Shown here in pieces: positions 1-19,957 of a DNA stretch of 64,000 nucleotides; position 1 is the first letter of the stretch, and each line of letters opens with the position of its first letter. The notes beneath the pieces are model-generated. The model had not been told where the DNA came from. It saw only the letters and a program-made list of their open reading frames with translations, and did no database searches. The DNA lies in the NCBI GenBank assembly GCA_002733355.1, contig NVVN01000001.1:324073-388072 (forward strand), read 5' to 3'. The position numbers and the translations under genes are program-made. This DNA comes from Sulfurovum sp. (GTDB taxonomy: Bacteria > Campylobacterota > Campylobacteria > Campylobacterales > Sulfurovaceae).

Positions 1-2
1 AA

Positions 3-728
3 AGCATTATTGATGCATTAAGAAACAAACAGTTTCAAATGTCTTTTCGTCCTTTGGAAAATGCACAAACGCATCAAATAGAAATCTATGAAATCGCGTC
101 AAAACTGATAAGTCCTGAACAAAAAGAAATTTTACCTAGAGTATATTTACCTATTATCAATCGACTTGGTCTGGGTGTAGAATATGACATGTCTCTTGTT
201 GAGCATATTATAAAACTATTACTTCTAGTTGATAAAAACATAGCTTTCACCTTCAACCTTTCACCTTTTTCATTAAGAAATAAAAGCTTTCAAGATACGT
301 TTTTTTCTCTTTTAAAAACCTACGATATCGAGACATCGCGTCTCATCATACAGCTTTATGAACGTAAAACACATCATGACCTTAGTGGATATTTTCAAAC
401 TCTCTCAACATACCGTGCAAAAGGCATACGTATCTGCATCGATAACTTTGGATCCTCTAATGCTTCTATGGAATACATGAAACATTTTAACTTTGACATG
501 GTTCAGTTCGATAGAGACTTTGTCACAAACCTCCAAGATTATACAACCTATGCTATACTCTCTTCACTCATCACCATGTCACAAAATTTAAATATTCTCA
601 CTATTGCAAAATGGGTTGACAAAGAAGATCAAAAAAAGAAATTGACTACTTTAGGCATCTCTTACCTGCAAGGTTTTGGTATCAGTCATCCTCTTAGCGA
701 ACAACAATTAATTCAAAAATACAACTAA
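3..728 (+). CDS. EAL-domain protein, degenerate, 5'-truncated by the window edge
   Basis: Frame is open from base 3 through the ATG at 39. EAL-like motifs FNLS, IDNFGSS, QFDRDFV and YLQGF are present, with several catalytic residues substituted. Confidence 0.85.
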   Translation, partial: SIIDALRNKQFQMSFRPLENAQTHQIEIYEIASKLISPEQKEILPRVYLPIINRLGLGVEYDMSLVEHIIKLLLLVDKNIAFTFNLSPFSLRNKSFQDTFFSLLKTYDIETSRLIIQLYERKTHHDLSGYFQTLSTYRAKGIRICIDNFGSSNASMEYMKHFNFDMVQFDRDFVTNLQDYTTYAILSSLITMSQNLNILTIAKWVDKEDQKKKLTTLGISYLQGFGISHPLSEQQLIQKYN

Positions 729-737
729 AGGAAACAA

Positions 738-1115
738 ATGAAGTACGGTGAAAAAGAGATTCGAGAATTTGACATTAACCGCGAAGAAAACTACTGGCCC
801 AATCAACATAAAAAGAATTATACAATCAACATTGAACTACCTGAATTTATGTGTTTATGTCCTAGGTCCGGATATCCTGACTTTGCAACTATCAGACTTT
901 CCTATGTACCAGATGAAAAAGTCATTGAACTTAAAGCCCTAAAACTATATATCAACTCCTTTATGTATAAACACATCTCACATGAAAACTCTGCTAATGA
1001 TATCTATGACACACTCTATACTAAACTCAAACCTAAATCTATGAAACTCATCGCAGATTTTAATCCTCGGGGAAATGTACATACCATTATAGAAATTGAC
1101 AGTGCTCATAACTAA
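738..1115 (+). CDS. queF: NADPH-dependent 7-cyano-7-deazaguanine reductase (unimodular QueF)
   Basis: EFMCLCPRSGYPDFA, ELKALKLY, SHE and FNPRGNV motifs; AAGGA RBS upstream. Confidence 0.95.
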   Translation: MKYGEKEIREFDINREENYWPNQHKKNYTINIELPEFMCLCPRSGYPDFATIRLSYVPDEKVIELKALKLYINSFMYKHISHENSANDIYDTLYTKLKPKSMKLIADFNPRGNVHTIIEIDSAHN

Positions 1116-1145
1116 CGCTAAATTTACTATCGCAATATTTGATTC

Positions 1146-1170
1146 AAAAATATTACAATTTGACAGATAT
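1146..1170. promoter_or_regulatory. Putative repressor operator (copy of the TATGTCAA-W-TTGACATA motif)
   Basis: AAAAATATTACAA-T-TTGACAGATAT, about 60 bp upstream of the HTH gene at 1228. The left arm matches the recA-proximal palindrome at 11/13 positions. Confidence 0.6.
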
Positions 1171-1227
1171 TGAGCACTTTCTCTCTAAATCTACTATGAT
1201 ATCTCTAGACAAAACCCAAGGATAGAT

Positions 1228-1464
1228 ATGATAGATTTCCATGATGTAATGTACAGAATCAAAAAAATTCTTTTAAATCAAACACAACAAGAAAAAATAC
1301 TGGACAGAGATATTGCAAGTTCTTTAGGACTAGACCCACAATATTTTGCTGTTATCAAAAAACGTAAAAAAATCCCTTACGAACAGTTGGCACTTTTTTG
1401 TAGGCAACATAAAATTAGTATGAATTGGATACTGATGGAACAAAAACCTCAATATTTGACCTAA
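1228..1464 (+). CDS. Stand-alone CI-repressor-like helix-turn-helix protein (78 aa), no peptidase domain
   Basis: KILDRDIASSLGLDPQYFAVIKKRKKIPYEQLALFCRQHKISMNWIL aligns by eye with the N-terminus of the 31638..32291 repressor; AAGGA RBS. Confidence 0.85.
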   Translation: MIDFHDVMYRIKKILLNQTQQEKILDRDIASSLGLDPQYFAVIKKRKKIPYEQLALFCRQHKISMNWILMEQKPQYLT

Positions 1465-1483
1465 ATAAATGAAAAAAGAAGAT

Positions 1484-1849
1484 TTATATTTTTATAAACA
1501 AGATATATTTCTTCTGCTCATCATTTTTACCAAACCCTACTATCTCCATATGTTTATACTGCTTATTCACATCCATTCTAAGCTCATACATCATTGTGCC
1601 TGTATCAAGTATCAAAAGTGGGGGGATAAGTGCTCCTATAGTCACTGTCTTGTTACTGGTATCTATTTTGAACTTAAGTTGTTTCTTCTTATCTTCTAAT
1701 ATCGCCAAATTTAAAGAAGCTTCCCCTGAATATACAAGCTTTGAACTATCATTCTCATCTTCTTTTAACAACCCAGCAGTCAGTACATACTCTTCATGGT
1801 TTCCTATCTGCTCACGCACATCTTCTATGAGGTCTATAATGTATTTCAT
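1484..1849 (-). CDS. Hypothetical protein (121 aa)
   Basis: ORF with AAAGGA RBS and plausible composition; no family recognised. Confidence 0.7.
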   Translation of the reverse strand: MKYIIDLIEDVREQIGNHEEYVLTAGLLKEDENDSSKLVYSGEASLNLAILEDKKKQLKFKIDTSNKTVTIGALIPPLLILDTGTMMYELRMDVNKQYKHMEIVGFGKNDEQKKYILFIKI

Positions 1850-2038
1850 TTGATTCCTTTAAACACTATTATATGCTAATTTAAAAATTAAAATAGAATA
1901 ATNNNNNNANTNNNTNNNNTTNGNAATNGTNNNNNATTNTNNTGAGTTGTATTCAGGTTTGAACGTTTGGGTAAAGGCGCTTACATACGGTAAGTCACTG
2001 CACCCATCATTCAAAGATGGATGCAAATCAAAGAAATA

Positions 2039-4129
2039 TTAACTATTTCTCTTTTCTATGATTTCTTTTGCTACATTCTGTGGTACTTCTTCATAGTGGT
2101 CAAACTCCATCGCATACGTCGCACGTCCTTGAGACATTGAACGTAAATCAGTTGAGTAACCGAACATTTCAGAAAGTGGTACAAATGCATCAACTATCTT
2201 AGAGCCAGCTCTATCTCCCATACCCGTTACTTGGCCACGTCTTTTAGAGATATCACCAATAACGTCACCCATGTAATCTTCAGGCGTCTCAACTTCAACT
2301 TTCATCATAGGTTCCAAGATAATAGGATTAGCTTTTCTACAACCCTCTCTTAAACACATAGAAGCAGCAAGTTTAAATGCCATTTCAGATGAATCGACAT
2401 CATGGTAAGAACCATCATAAACAGTTACTTTTAGATCTTCAACAGGATACCCTGCTTGAATACCTCTAGCCATTGCCTCTTGAATACCTTTATCAATAGG
2501 TTTGATAAATTCTTTTGGAATAACCCCACCTTTAACNGCNTCNACAAACTCATAACCAAAGCCTGGTTCTTGTGGTTCAATTTTAAGATATACATGTCCA
2601 AATTGTCCACGTCCACCAGATTGTTTAGCATATTTGTACTCTTGATCAATAGCATTCTTAATAGTCTCACGGTAAGAAACTTGTGGTGCTCCTACATCAG
2701 CTTCTACATTAAATTCTCTTTTCATTCTATCTACAAGAATTTCTAGGTGAAGTTCACCCATTCCTGAGATGATAGTCTGTCCTGTCTCTTCATCTGAAGA
2801 AACACGAAAAGAAGGATCTTCTGCAGCAAGTTTAGAAAGTGCAACACCCATTTTTTCTTGATCCGCTTTTGTTTTAGGCTCAACCGCAACAGAAATAACT
2901 GGATCTGGGAAATCCATTCTTTCTAACACTACTTTATCTGAAGGATCACAAAGCGTATCACCTGTAGTTGTACTCTTAAGACCCACAACCGCACCGATTT
3001 CACCTGCGTAAATTTCATCAATTTCTTCACGTTTAATCGCGTGCATTTTCATGATACGACCGATACGCTCTTTTTTATCTTTTGTTGTATTATGCACGTA
3101 AGAACCTGACTTTAAAGAACCACGGTATACACGTATAAATGTTAACTGTCCAACAAATGGGTCTGTCATAATTTTAAATGCCAATGATGCGAATGCACCC
3201 TCATCAGATGAAGGAACAATGATCTCATTCTCTTCATCGTCCATCATAGTACCTTTGATGTCTGCACATTCAAGAGGTGAAGGAAGGTAATCAACAACAG
3301 CGTCAAGTAAAGTCTGAACACCTTTATTTTTAAAAGCTGAACCCACAGTCATAGGAACGATGTGCATACCAATACAAGCAGCTTTAATACCAGCAACTAT
3401 TTCTTCGTTACTAAGCTCTTCACCTTCAAGGAATTTTTCCATAAGTGCTTCGTTACAATCTGCTTCAGAAATCTTCTCAATCAGGTTTTCACGATACTTA
3501 TTTGCNAACTCAACCATNTCTTCTGGAATTTCTTCTACATGGTAGTTAGAACCCATTTCTGCATCTTTATCCCAAACGATTGCTTTCATCTTAACAAGAT
3601 CAACAACACCTTGAAAGTTTTCTTCTGCACCGATTGGCAATTGGATAGGAACAGGATTCCCTTTTAGTCTCTCAACAATTTGTCTCTCAACTTCATAAAA
3701 GTCAGAACCCGTTCTATCGTACTTGTTTACAAATACTATTGAAGGTACACCATAACGGTTTCTTTGTCTCCATACTGTCTCAGATTGTGGTTGAACCCCA
3801 CCAACAGCACAGAATACAGATACAGCACCATCAAGTACTCTCATAGAACGCTCAACCTCAATAGTAAAGTCAACGTGTCCTGGAGTATCTATAATATTAA
3901 TTTGTTTTTTATTCCACTCACAAGTAGTAGCAGCAGAAGTAATAGTAATACCTCTTTCCTGCTCTTGTTCCATCCAGTCCATAGTGGCAGCGCCATCATG
4001 AACTTCACCGATTTTGTGCTCAACACCTGTATAGAAAAGGATTCTTTCAGTAGTTGTTGTTTTACCAGCATCAATGTGTGCAGCAATACCGATGTTTCTT
4101 ACGTCACCCAGTTTATGTGTTCTTGCCAT
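2039..4129 (-). CDS. fusA: Elongation factor G
   Basis: [20 protein letters not shown] and GMGELHLE motifs; follows rpsG. Confidence 0.99.
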   Translation of the reverse strand: MARTHKLGDVRNIGIAAHIDAGKTTTTERILFYTGVEHKIGEVHDGAATMDWMEQEQERGITITSAATTCEWNKKQINIIDTPGHVDFTIEVERSMRVLDGAVSVFCAVGGVQPQSETVWRQRNRYGVPSIVFVNKYDRTGSDFYEVERQIVERLKGNPVPIQLPIGAEENFQGVVDLVKMKAIVWDKDAEMGSNYHVEEIPEXMVEXANKYRENLIEKISEADCNEALMEKFLEGEELSNEEIVAGIKAACIGMHIVPMTVGSAFKNKGVQTLLDAVVDYLPSPLECADIKGTMMDDEENEIIVPSSDEGAFASLAFKIMTDPFVGQLTFIRVYRGSLKSGSYVHNTTKDKKERIGRIMKMHAIKREEIDEIYAGEIGAVVGLKSTTTGDTLCDPSDKVVLERMDFPDPVISVAVEPKTKADQEKMGVALSKLAAEDPSFRVSSDEETGQTIISGMGELHLEILVDRMKREFNVEADVGAPQVSYRETIKNAIDQEYKYAKQSGGRGQFGHVYLKIEPQEPGFGYEFXXXVKGGVIPKEFIKPIDKGIQEAMARGIQAGYPVEDLKVTVYDGSYHDVDSSEMAFKLAASMCLREGCRKANPIILEPMMKVEVETPEDYMGDVIGDISKRRGQVTGMGDRAGSKIVDAFVPLSEMFGYSTDLRSMSQGRATYAMEFDHYEEVPQNVAKEIIEKRNS

Positions 4130-4140
4130 AACTTAGTTCC

Positions 4141-4638
<498 letters not shown>

Positions 4639-4816
4639 TCAAGTCCTGTCCCCTAAGGTAAGCCTATACTAGACTAAATGACAACACCTGCTTGAAGCCT
4701 GTTCCCAGACTAAACTATTACTTTATTTACCATATTATTTCTTCTTGATTAGCAGCAAAGCCACCACTCAATTCATCTCACTAAAGCTACATCTTTGATG
4801 AGAGATTAAAGATTAA

Positions 4817-5191
4817 TTATTTTTTAGGTTTTTTTGTACCATATTTAGATCTTGCAACTTTTCTGTTTGCAACACCTGATGCATCCAATGCACCACGAAC
4901 GATGTGATATTTTACACCAGGTAAATCTTTAATTCTTCCCCCACGCACTAGTACGATAGAGTGTTCTTGAAGGTTATGACCTTCACCACCGATGTATGAA
5001 ATTACTTCAAATCCAGATGTTAATCTAACTTTTGCAACTTTTCTCAAAGCTGAGTTAGGTTTCTTTGGAGTTGTTGTGTAAACTCTAGTACACACGCCTC
5101 TTCTTTGAGGACATTTTACGAGTGCAGGTGATTTTGATTTTTTCACTTGCTTNTTACGTTCTTTACGAATCAATTGGTTAATTGTAGGCAA
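4817..5191 (-). CDS. rpsL: 30S ribosomal protein S12 (TTG start)
   Basis: [16 protein letters not shown] and [11 protein letters not shown]. Confidence 0.99.
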   Translation of the reverse strand: MPTINQLIRKERXKQVKKSKSPALVKCPQRRGVCTRVYTTTPKKPNSALRKVAKVRLTSGFEVISYIGGEGHNLQEHSIVLVRGGRIKDLPGVKYHIVRGALDASGVANRKVARSKYGTKKPKK

Positions 5192-5413
5192 ATCGTTTTC
5201 CTTTTATGTATTTCCATATTCCATTTTCATGTTTTATGGTTAGTTTGAATTGAGATCAATGTCTCTTGAATCTGGGTTCTTACACCACATAATAACGTTT
5301 AATAAACGCTTTTATCTAGCCTAAATCACGCAGATTTTTGGAGGCATATTATATCGAAATTTTCTTTGGGTTTTCTTATAGTAATATTAAGAGAGAGGGG
5401 ATAGCTGTATATA

Positions 5414-5444
5414 GACTACCTCTAGCTNGATACTAGAGGTAGTC
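5414..5444 (-). terminator. Hairpin downstream of rpoC, probable terminator
   Basis: 12-bp inverted repeat GACTACCTCTAG/CTAGAGGTAGTC just after the rpoC stop; weak U-tract. Confidence 0.5.
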
Positions 5445-5462
5445 AGAAATAGAAGTCAAAAA

Positions 5463-14181
<8,719 letters not shown>

Positions 14182-14422
14182 TTAATATCGTTTAGAGTCT
14201 CATACGGTACTCATAGTTAGATACACAAAGAAACTATTAGAGGAGGGTATGAAAATGTCTCCGAATAGCTTTTAACTATATCTGTAGGTACTAGCAGTAA
14301 ACCCCAATGCGACTTGTCGCATGAGTCAACTGCTAAAGTGACCAAAGGAAATACCTTTAGGTGCAACTCAATGTTAGGGTAGTTATGCTAGGTTTCCCCC
14401 ATAAAATATCCCAACAAATGAA

Positions 14423-14794
14423 TTATTTAAGCTCACACTTAGCGCCAGCTTCTTCGATTTGTTTTTTGAACGCTTCAGCTTCATCTTTAGATACAGCTGC
14501 TTTAAGCACAGTTGGTACTTCTTCAACAGCTGATTTTGCTTCTTTAAGTCCAAGACCAGTAATTGCTCTTACTACTTTAATAGCATTTATTTTTTTCTCA
14601 CCAGCTTCAGTAAGAACTACATCAAATTCTGTTTGTTCTTCAGCAGCTTCACCACCTGCAGCTGGACCACCAGCTACTACTGTAGCTTGTGCAGATACGC
14701 CAAATTTCTCTTCAAATTCTTTTACAAGCTCAGAGAGCTCAAGTACTGACATGTTTGAGATAAACTCAAGAACATCTTCTTTAGTTGTTGCCAT
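14423..14794 (-). CDS. rplL: 50S ribosomal protein L7/L12
   Basis: EEKFGVSA and [16 protein letters not shown]. Confidence 0.99.
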   Translation of the reverse strand: MATTKEDVLEFISNMSVLELSELVKEFEEKFGVSAQATVVAGGPAAGGEAAEEQTEFDVVLTEAGEKKINAIKVVRAITGLGLKEAKSAVEEVPTVLKAAVSKDEAEAFKKQIEEAGAKCELK

Positions 14795-14871
14795 AATTAT
14801 TTCCTTAAATTACATTAATAACATTGTATTTACAATGTCAAATTCAAAAGAGCCTCGTGGCTCTCACCACT

Positions 14872-15357
14872 CTACGCTTCTTCTTCTTTTTTAGTTGCAA
14901 GTGCTTGCATACCAATTGTAAAGTTCTGTACTGGTGCATTCCAAACATTAAGGAGCATACCAAGAAGTACATCTCTAGTAGGAAGTTTAGCCATTGCATT
15001 AATGGTATCCATACTAGCAATTTCACCCAGAATTAATCCTGTTTTGATAGAAAAACTGTCTTTAAAATCAGTGGCTGCTTTATCTGCAATTTTACAAGGT
15101 ATTACTTGCGTATCACCCCAAATTACAAGGTTTGTATCTGTAAATTCAACATCTTCACATCCAGCATTTTTCAATGCAATGCGTGCAAGTTTATTTTTTA
15201 CAACTTGTACATTTGTATCTTCATCTTTCGCAAGGTTTCTTACGATTTCAAGATTTTCTACTGTCATACCTTTGTAATCACAAACAATAATAGCGCCAGC
15301 GTCTTTAAACGCTTCTGTCATCTCTGTAACTAACTCTTCTTTTCTAGTTCTAGTCAT
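14872..15357 (-). CDS. rplJ: 50S ribosomal protein L10
   Basis: DYKGMTV, VVKNKLA and LPTR; lies between rplA and rplL. Confidence 0.97.
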   Translation of the reverse strand: MTRTRKEELVTEMTEAFKDAGAIIVCDYKGMTVENLEIVRNLAKDEDTNVQVVKNKLARIALKNAGCEDVEFTDTNLVIWGDTQVIPCKIADKAATDFKDSFSIKTGLILGEIASMDTINAMAKLPTRDVLLGMLLNVWNAPVQNFTIGMQALATKKEEEA

Positions 15358-15359
15358 AT

Positions 15360-15460
15360 ATTTCTCCTTCCGATCTCTAAGAGGGTATAGGTTTACCTAC
15401 ACATCTACTCTTTCAAGCAGACTAATTAAGCTTTCGCCCCTTTTATCTTTGATCTAAGAT
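15360..15460 (-). promoter_or_regulatory. Possible L10-leader autoregulatory RNA
   Basis: Long rplJ leader containing AGATAAAAGG-GGCGAAAGC-TTAATTAGTCTGCTTGA with a GNRA-capped hairpin. Position is typical of L10 leaders; not verified against a covariance model. Confidence 0.4.
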
Positions 15461-15545
15461 TATGAGTAGTAAAAAATACTCTCAAACAAAAGCTAAACTA
15501 AGCGCTTGCTTGAAAGTAGTAAAGAGGATAACCCTCTTTACTCTC

Positions 15546-16250
15546 TTATTTTATATCCATTAATTCTGTTGTATCAAGTGTAATTGCAGGACTCATTGTG
15601 AGTGAAATAGCACCATTAGCAATAAACCTACCTTTAGCAGAAGCTGGTTTCGCTCTGTTGATAGTCTCCATAAGTGTTATAAAGTTTTCTTTGATTGCTT
15701 CTTCTGAAAAAGATATTTTGCCAATACCTGCGTGGATATTACCTTTTTTGTCAACTCTAAAGTTAACCTGTCCGCCCTTAGCATTTTCAACTGCTTTAGC
15801 AACATCCATAGTTACCGTGCCCGTTTTAGGGTTAGGCATAAGACCTTTTGGTCCAAGGATTCTTGCTACTTTACCGAGTACACCCATCATATCTGGTGTA
15901 GAAATAACGATATCAAAATCAATTTTACCCGCTTGAATGTCTTCAATAAGATCAGCAGCACCAACGATATCAGCACCTGCTGCTTTTGCTTCATCTGCTT
16001 TTGCATCTTTTGCAAAAACTGCTACTCTTACTGTTTTACCTGTTCCATTTGGAAGAACAACAGATCCTCTAATCATCTGATCTGCATGTCTAGGGTCAAC
16101 GTTTAGATTTAATGCAATTTCAACAGTCTCATCAAACTTTGCTGATTTTAATTCTTTGAGTGTTTTCATTGCTTCGTCAACACTATATTCTTTAGTTACA
16201 TCTACTATTTTAAGTAATGCTTCTCTTCTTTTACTTGCTTTTTTTGCCAT
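15546..16250 (-). CDS. rplA: 50S ribosomal protein L1
   Basis: KFDETVE and [16 protein letters not shown]. Confidence 0.99.
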   Translation of the reverse strand: MAKKASKRREALLKIVDVTKEYSVDEAMKTLKELKSAKFDETVEIALNLNVDPRHADQMIRGSVVLPNGTGKTVRVAVFAKDAKADEAKAAGADIVGAADLIEDIQAGKIDFDIVISTPDMMGVLGKVARILGPKGLMPNPKTGTVTMDVAKAVENAKGGQVNFRVDKKGNIHAGIGKISFSEEAIKENFITLMETINRAKPASAKGRFIANGAISLTMSPAITLDTTELMDIK

Positions 16251-16330
16251 TATTTTCTCCGCTTATTATGCTCCCACATTTTTAAATCATGTGGTTAAGA
16301 TTTTATTTCAACATGTAGTAAGTCGTAAGA

Positions 16331-16756
16331 CTAATCTACAATTTCAACACCCATACTTCTACAAGTTCCAGCAATAATATTTGCTGCCATTGCTTTGTCA
16401 TTTGTATTCAAATCTACAATTTTTCTCTCGATGATTTCATCAAGTTTAGCTTTTGTGATAGAACCCACTTTAGTAGTGATAGGGTTATCAGTACCTTTTT
16501 TAAGTCCTGCCGCTTTTAAAATCAACTCAGATGCTGGGGGTTGCTTTGTTTCCATTGTAAAGCTTTTGTCTGCATAGACAGTTACAATTACAGGAATTTT
16601 AAATCCCATTTGATCTTTTGTTTTTTCATTAAATGCTTTACAAAACTCCATAATATTTACACCACGCTGACCCAATGCAGGACCTACCGGTGGTGATGGG
16701 TTTGCTGATCCAGCAGGGATCATCATTTTAAACTTTTCAGCTATTTTTTTTGCCAT
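16331..16756 (-). CDS. rplK: 50S ribosomal protein L11
   Basis: [26 protein letters not shown]. Confidence 0.99.
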   Translation of the reverse strand: MAKKIAEKFKMMIPAGSANPSPPVGPALGQRGVNIMEFCKAFNEKTKDQMGFKIPVIVTVYADKSFTMETKQPPASELILKAAGLKKGTDNPITTKVGSITKAKLDEIIERKIVDLNTNDKAMAANIIAGTCRSMGVEIVD

Positions 16757-16832
16757 CTGTTCTTCCTTTAGATTAATTTCTCTATTACTTATCTTTTCGT
16801 TTTAAGTCCCAAGATACTAGACTAGATATGTT

Positions 16833-17363
16833 TTAGATTATCTTTTCTACTTGTGTATAAAGTATTTCTACAGGTGTATTTCTACCAAAGATTGAAACAT
16901 TTAACTTCAATTTCCCATGATCAACATCATACTCTTCTACCATGCCTGTAAAGTTTGCAAACGGTCCATCAACAATGCGAACCATTTCGCCTGTTTCAAA
17001 ATCAACCTTAGGACGTGGTGCAGATTTATTCTCCATCTTGTCTAAGATNTTTTTNATATCTGATTCTGTAAGCGCTGTAGGCGTCTTTTGTTCACCGATA
17101 AATCTAGATACTCTTGGTAAAGACTGAATCTTATGCCAAAGATCAGTATCCAGGTCTATATGTGCAAAAGCATACCCAGAATAGAGTGTACGCTCAGTAA
17201 TCTTTTTTTCACCATTTTTTACTTCAATCACTTCTTCTGTAGGCACAACAATACGTTCAACTTTTTCTTCGATTCCATGATCGACTATAAGTTGTTCAAT
17301 TGCTCTTTTTACAGATTGTTCAGATCCTGAATACGTTTGAATTGCATACCATTGAAAAGCCAT
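16833..17363 (-). CDS. nusG: Transcription termination/antitermination factor NusG
   Basis: NGN domain [14 protein letters not shown] domain GPFANFTG...IFGRNTPVE. Confidence 0.98.
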   Translation of the reverse strand: MAFQWYAIQTYSGSEQSVKRAIEQLIVDHGIEEKVERIVVPTEEVIEVKNGEKKITERTLYSGYAFAHIDLDTDLWHKIQSLPRVSRFIGEQKTPTALTESDXKXILDKMENKSAPRPKVDFETGEMVRIVDGPFANFTGMVEEYDVDHGKLKLNVSIFGRNTPVEILYTQVEKII

Positions 17364-17371
17364 TGTTTATC

Positions 17372-17551
17372 CTATAAAACTGATGATACTATTGATGACA
17401 TTAGAAGGTCAACCAATGCTAAAAATATTGATATTACAGTTACTACGAGAATAACTGCTAAAAATGCCTGTCTTACTTGTATTTTTGTTGGAAATATTAC
17501 TTTATGAATCTCTGATCGAGCATTCGTTATAAATGTTGATATTTTTCCCAT
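17372..17551 (-). CDS. secE: Preprotein translocase subunit SecE
   Basis: EIHKVIFPT followed by one TM helix; start at ATG 17551 (the longer ORF call overlaps tRNA-Trp). Confidence 0.95.
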   Translation of the reverse strand: MGKISTFITNARSEIHKVIFPTKIQVRQAFLAVILVVTVISIFLALVDLLMSSIVSSVL

Positions 17552-17570
17552 ATTTACATTACCTTTTTTG

Positions 17571-17646
17571 TGGCAGGCCAAGAGGGACTCGAACCCACGG
17601 CACCTGGTTTTGGAGACCAGTGCTCTACCAACTGAGCTATTGGCCT
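17571..17646 (-). tRNA. tRNA-Trp (CCA)
   Basis: AGGCCAATAGCTCAGTTGGTAGAGCACTGGTCTCCAAAACCAGGTGCCGTGGGTTCGAGTCCCTCTTGGCCTGCCA forms a cloverleaf with encoded CCA end. Confidence 0.97.
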
Positions 17647-17695
17647 AAATTAATACCTAAAGCTAAAAAGCTTTGGTATTAAAAAAGTGTTACAA

Positions 17696-17848
17696 TTACA
17701 GCTTCATCTCTTTATGTGTTGTGTGGCATTTACACCATTTACAATACTTTTTAAGAGCAAGTTTCTCTGTTGTTGTTTTTTTATTTTTAGTTGTGTGATA
17801 ATTACGTCTTGTACATTTCTCACATCCTAAGTGAACTGTTTCTCTCAT
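17696..17848 (-). CDS. rpmG: 50S ribosomal protein L33, zinc-binding type (absent from the ORF track)
   Basis: Hand translation: [58 protein letters not shown]. Confidence 0.97.
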   Translation of the reverse strand: MRETVHLGCEKCTRRNYHTTKNKKTTTEKLALKKYCKWCKCHTTHKEMKL

Positions 17849-17868
17849 TGTTATCTCCTATGATAAGT

Positions 17869-17894
17869 TTGTAAGAGGAGTTCTCCTCTTACAA
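17869..17894 (-). terminator. Hairpin between tuf and rpmG (terminator or stabilising stem)
   Basis: TTGTAAGAGGAG-TT-CTCCTCTTACAA inverted repeat. Confidence 0.5.
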
Positions 17895-17903
17895 GTGTTT
17901 GTC

Positions 17904-19112
17904 TTAAGCAATAATCTTAGAAACAACACCAGCACCAACTGTTCTACCACCTTCACGGATAGCAAACTTAGTACCTTGTTCAAGTGCAACTGGTGCGATA
18001 AGTTCAACGTTAACTTTAACGTTATCCCCTGGCATAACCATTTCAGTACCCTCTTGAAGTTGAACTGAACCAGTTACGTCTGTTGTACGTACATAAAACT
18101 GTGGTCTGTAGTTGTTAAAGAATGGAGTGTGTCTACCACCTTCTTCTTTCGTAAGTACATAGATTTCAGCTTCAAATTTAGTATGTGGATTGATTGAACC
18201 TGGCTTACAAAGAACCATACCTCTTTGTACTGCGTCTTTATCGATACCACGGATAAGAACACCACAGTTATCTCCAGCAAGACCACAATCCATTTCTTTA
18301 CGGAACATTTCAACACCAGTAACTGTTGTTTTTTGAGTATCTTTAAGACCAACGATTTCAACTTCGTCACCTACACATACTTTACCTTGATCCACTTTAC
18401 CAGTTACAACAGTACCACGACCCTGTATAGTAAAGATGTCTTCGATTGCCATAATGAAATCTTTTTCAGTTTCTCTTACTGGCTCTGGAATATAAGAATC
18501 TACTTGAGCCATAAGCTCTTCAATCTTAGCTGACCACTCACCAAGAGTACCAGTCTTAGCTTCTTCAAGTGCTTTGAATGCAGATCCAGCAATGATTGGA
18601 GTATCGTCACCTGGGAAGTCATACTCAGAAAGAAGTTCACGTACTTCCATCTCTACAAGTTCTAACATCTCTTCCTTATCTTCATCATCAAGTTGATCTT
18701 CTTTGTTTAAGAATACAACGATGTAAGGAACACCTACTTGTTTAGAAAGAAGAATGTGCTCTCTAGTTTGAGCCATTGGTCCGTCTGTTGCAGCGATAAC
18801 AAGAATAGCGCCATCCATTTGAGCAGCACCAGTAATCATATTTTTAACGTAATCCGCGTGACCTGGACAATCCACGTGAGCATAATGTCTGTTGTCAGTT
18901 TCATATTCTACGTGAGAAGTAGCAATTGTAATTCCTCTTTCTCTCTCTTCTGGTGCATTATCGATTGCATCATAGTCCATAAGAGCTGTGTTGTTTTTAG
19001 TTGCAAGTACCGCAGTAATCGCAGCTGTCAATGTAGTTTTTCCGTGGTCAACGTGTCCTATAGTACCGATGTTTACATGCGGTTTAGTACGTTCAAATTT
19101 TTCTTTAGCCAT
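17904..19112 (-). CDS. tuf: Elongation factor Tu
   Basis: [30 protein letters not shown] and [12 protein letters not shown]. Confidence 0.99.
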   Translation of the reverse strand: MAKEKFERTKPHVNIGTIGHVDHGKTTLTAAITAVLATKNNTALMDYDAIDNAPEERERGITIATSHVEYETDNRHYAHVDCPGHADYVKNMITGAAQMDGAILVIAATDGPMAQTREHILLSKQVGVPYIVVFLNKEDQLDDEDKEEMLELVEMEVRELLSEYDFPGDDTPIIAGSAFKALEEAKTGTLGEWSAKIEELMAQVDSYIPEPVRETEKDFIMAIEDIFTIQGRGTVVTGKVDQGKVCVGDEVEIVGLKDTQKTTVTGVEMFRKEMDCGLAGDNCGVLIRGIDKDAVQRGMVLCKPGSINPHTKFEAEIYVLTKEEGGRHTPFFNNYRPQFYVRTTDVTGSVQLQEGTEMVMPGDNVKVNVELIAPVALEQGTKFAIREGGRTVGAGVVSKIIA

Positions 19113-19266
19113 GCTTTTCTCCTAGCGTNNNNNTNNNNTAAANGNNNTATNANNNCNNNATNNTNNNNANNNNNTNTTAANNCNATATNNACNNNNNTNN
19201 ANNNNNNTNNNNNNNNANTNNTNCANACTTNNNCANNNTNNNCNGNTTCTTCTGTTTCTTCTGTTC

Positions 19267-19341
<75 letters not shown>

Positions 19342-19456
19342 ATAAAGTGACACAATTATTGATATGNTTTAAAAATTGTTATGAGTGTTTGTTGATTTGT
19401 AGTAATGTGAAGTAGTGTAAACAGTTGTTCACATCAGCTCCCAGATCAATACCATG

Positions 19457-19532
19457 TGGAGCGGGCGAAGGGATTCGAACCCTCGACAGCCTGCTTGGAA
19501 GGCAGGAACTCTAGCCACTGAGCTACGCCCGC
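19457..19532 (-). tRNA. tRNA-Gly (TCC)
   Basis: GCGGGCGTAGCTCAGTGGCTAGAGTTCCTGCCTTCCAAGCAGGCTGTCGAGGGTTCGAATCCCTTCGCCCGCTCCA. Confidence 0.96.
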
Positions 19533-19544
19533 ATATGGTTAACA

Positions 19545-19629
19545 TGGTGGTGGGTGAAGGATTCGAACCTTCGAAGACGTAGTCAGCGGATTTACAATCC
19601 GCCCTCGTTGGCCACTTGAGTAACCCACC
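19545..19629 (-). tRNA. tRNA-Tyr (GTA)
   Basis: 85-nt cloverleaf with a long variable arm, anticodon loop TTGTAAA and CCA end. Confidence 0.96.
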
Positions 19630-19724
19630 ATAATGTTTTAGAATTAAATGACTCTACTTAATCTATGAAATAAAGTTGAATCTTGTTTAATCTTTTTTCT
19701 GGTCAAACACTGATAAAAATTTCA

Positions 19725-19801
19725 TGGAGCTGGTGAAGGGACTCGAACCCCCGACCTGCTGATTACAAATCAGCTGCTCTAGCCAGCTGAGCTACACCAG
19801 C
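19725..19801 (-). tRNA. tRNA-Thr (TGT)
   Basis: GCTGGTGTAGCTCAGCTGGCTAGAGCAGCTGATTTGTAATCAGCAGGTCGGGGGTTCGAGTCCCTTCACCAGCTCCA. Confidence 0.96.
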
Positions 19802-19839
19802 ACCATCATTAAAAGATATTGCACTTAAAATGGACGGGA

Positions 19840-19868
19840 ATTATAGACAAATACATTTCAAAAGTCAA
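19840..19868 (-). promoter_or_regulatory. Sigma70 promoter of the tRNA-tuf operon
   Basis: TTGACT-17 bp-TATAAT followed by a GC-rich discriminator (TCCCGTCC), typical of stable-RNA promoters. Confidence 0.8.
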
Positions 19869-19957
19869 GGGTTTTATAGAAAAAATCATAAATTTCTTTT
19901 TTTTAGTTAATTTCTATAGAATAGCAGTATTAATCTAGCTAAAGATAGGCACCAACA

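Noticed and set aside
14830..14850. Fifth copy of the operator motif (ATGTCAAATTCA) between rplJ and rplL
   Set aside because: Only a half-site matches, and it is part of a local ACATTGTA/TACAATGT hairpin in a ribosomal operon.
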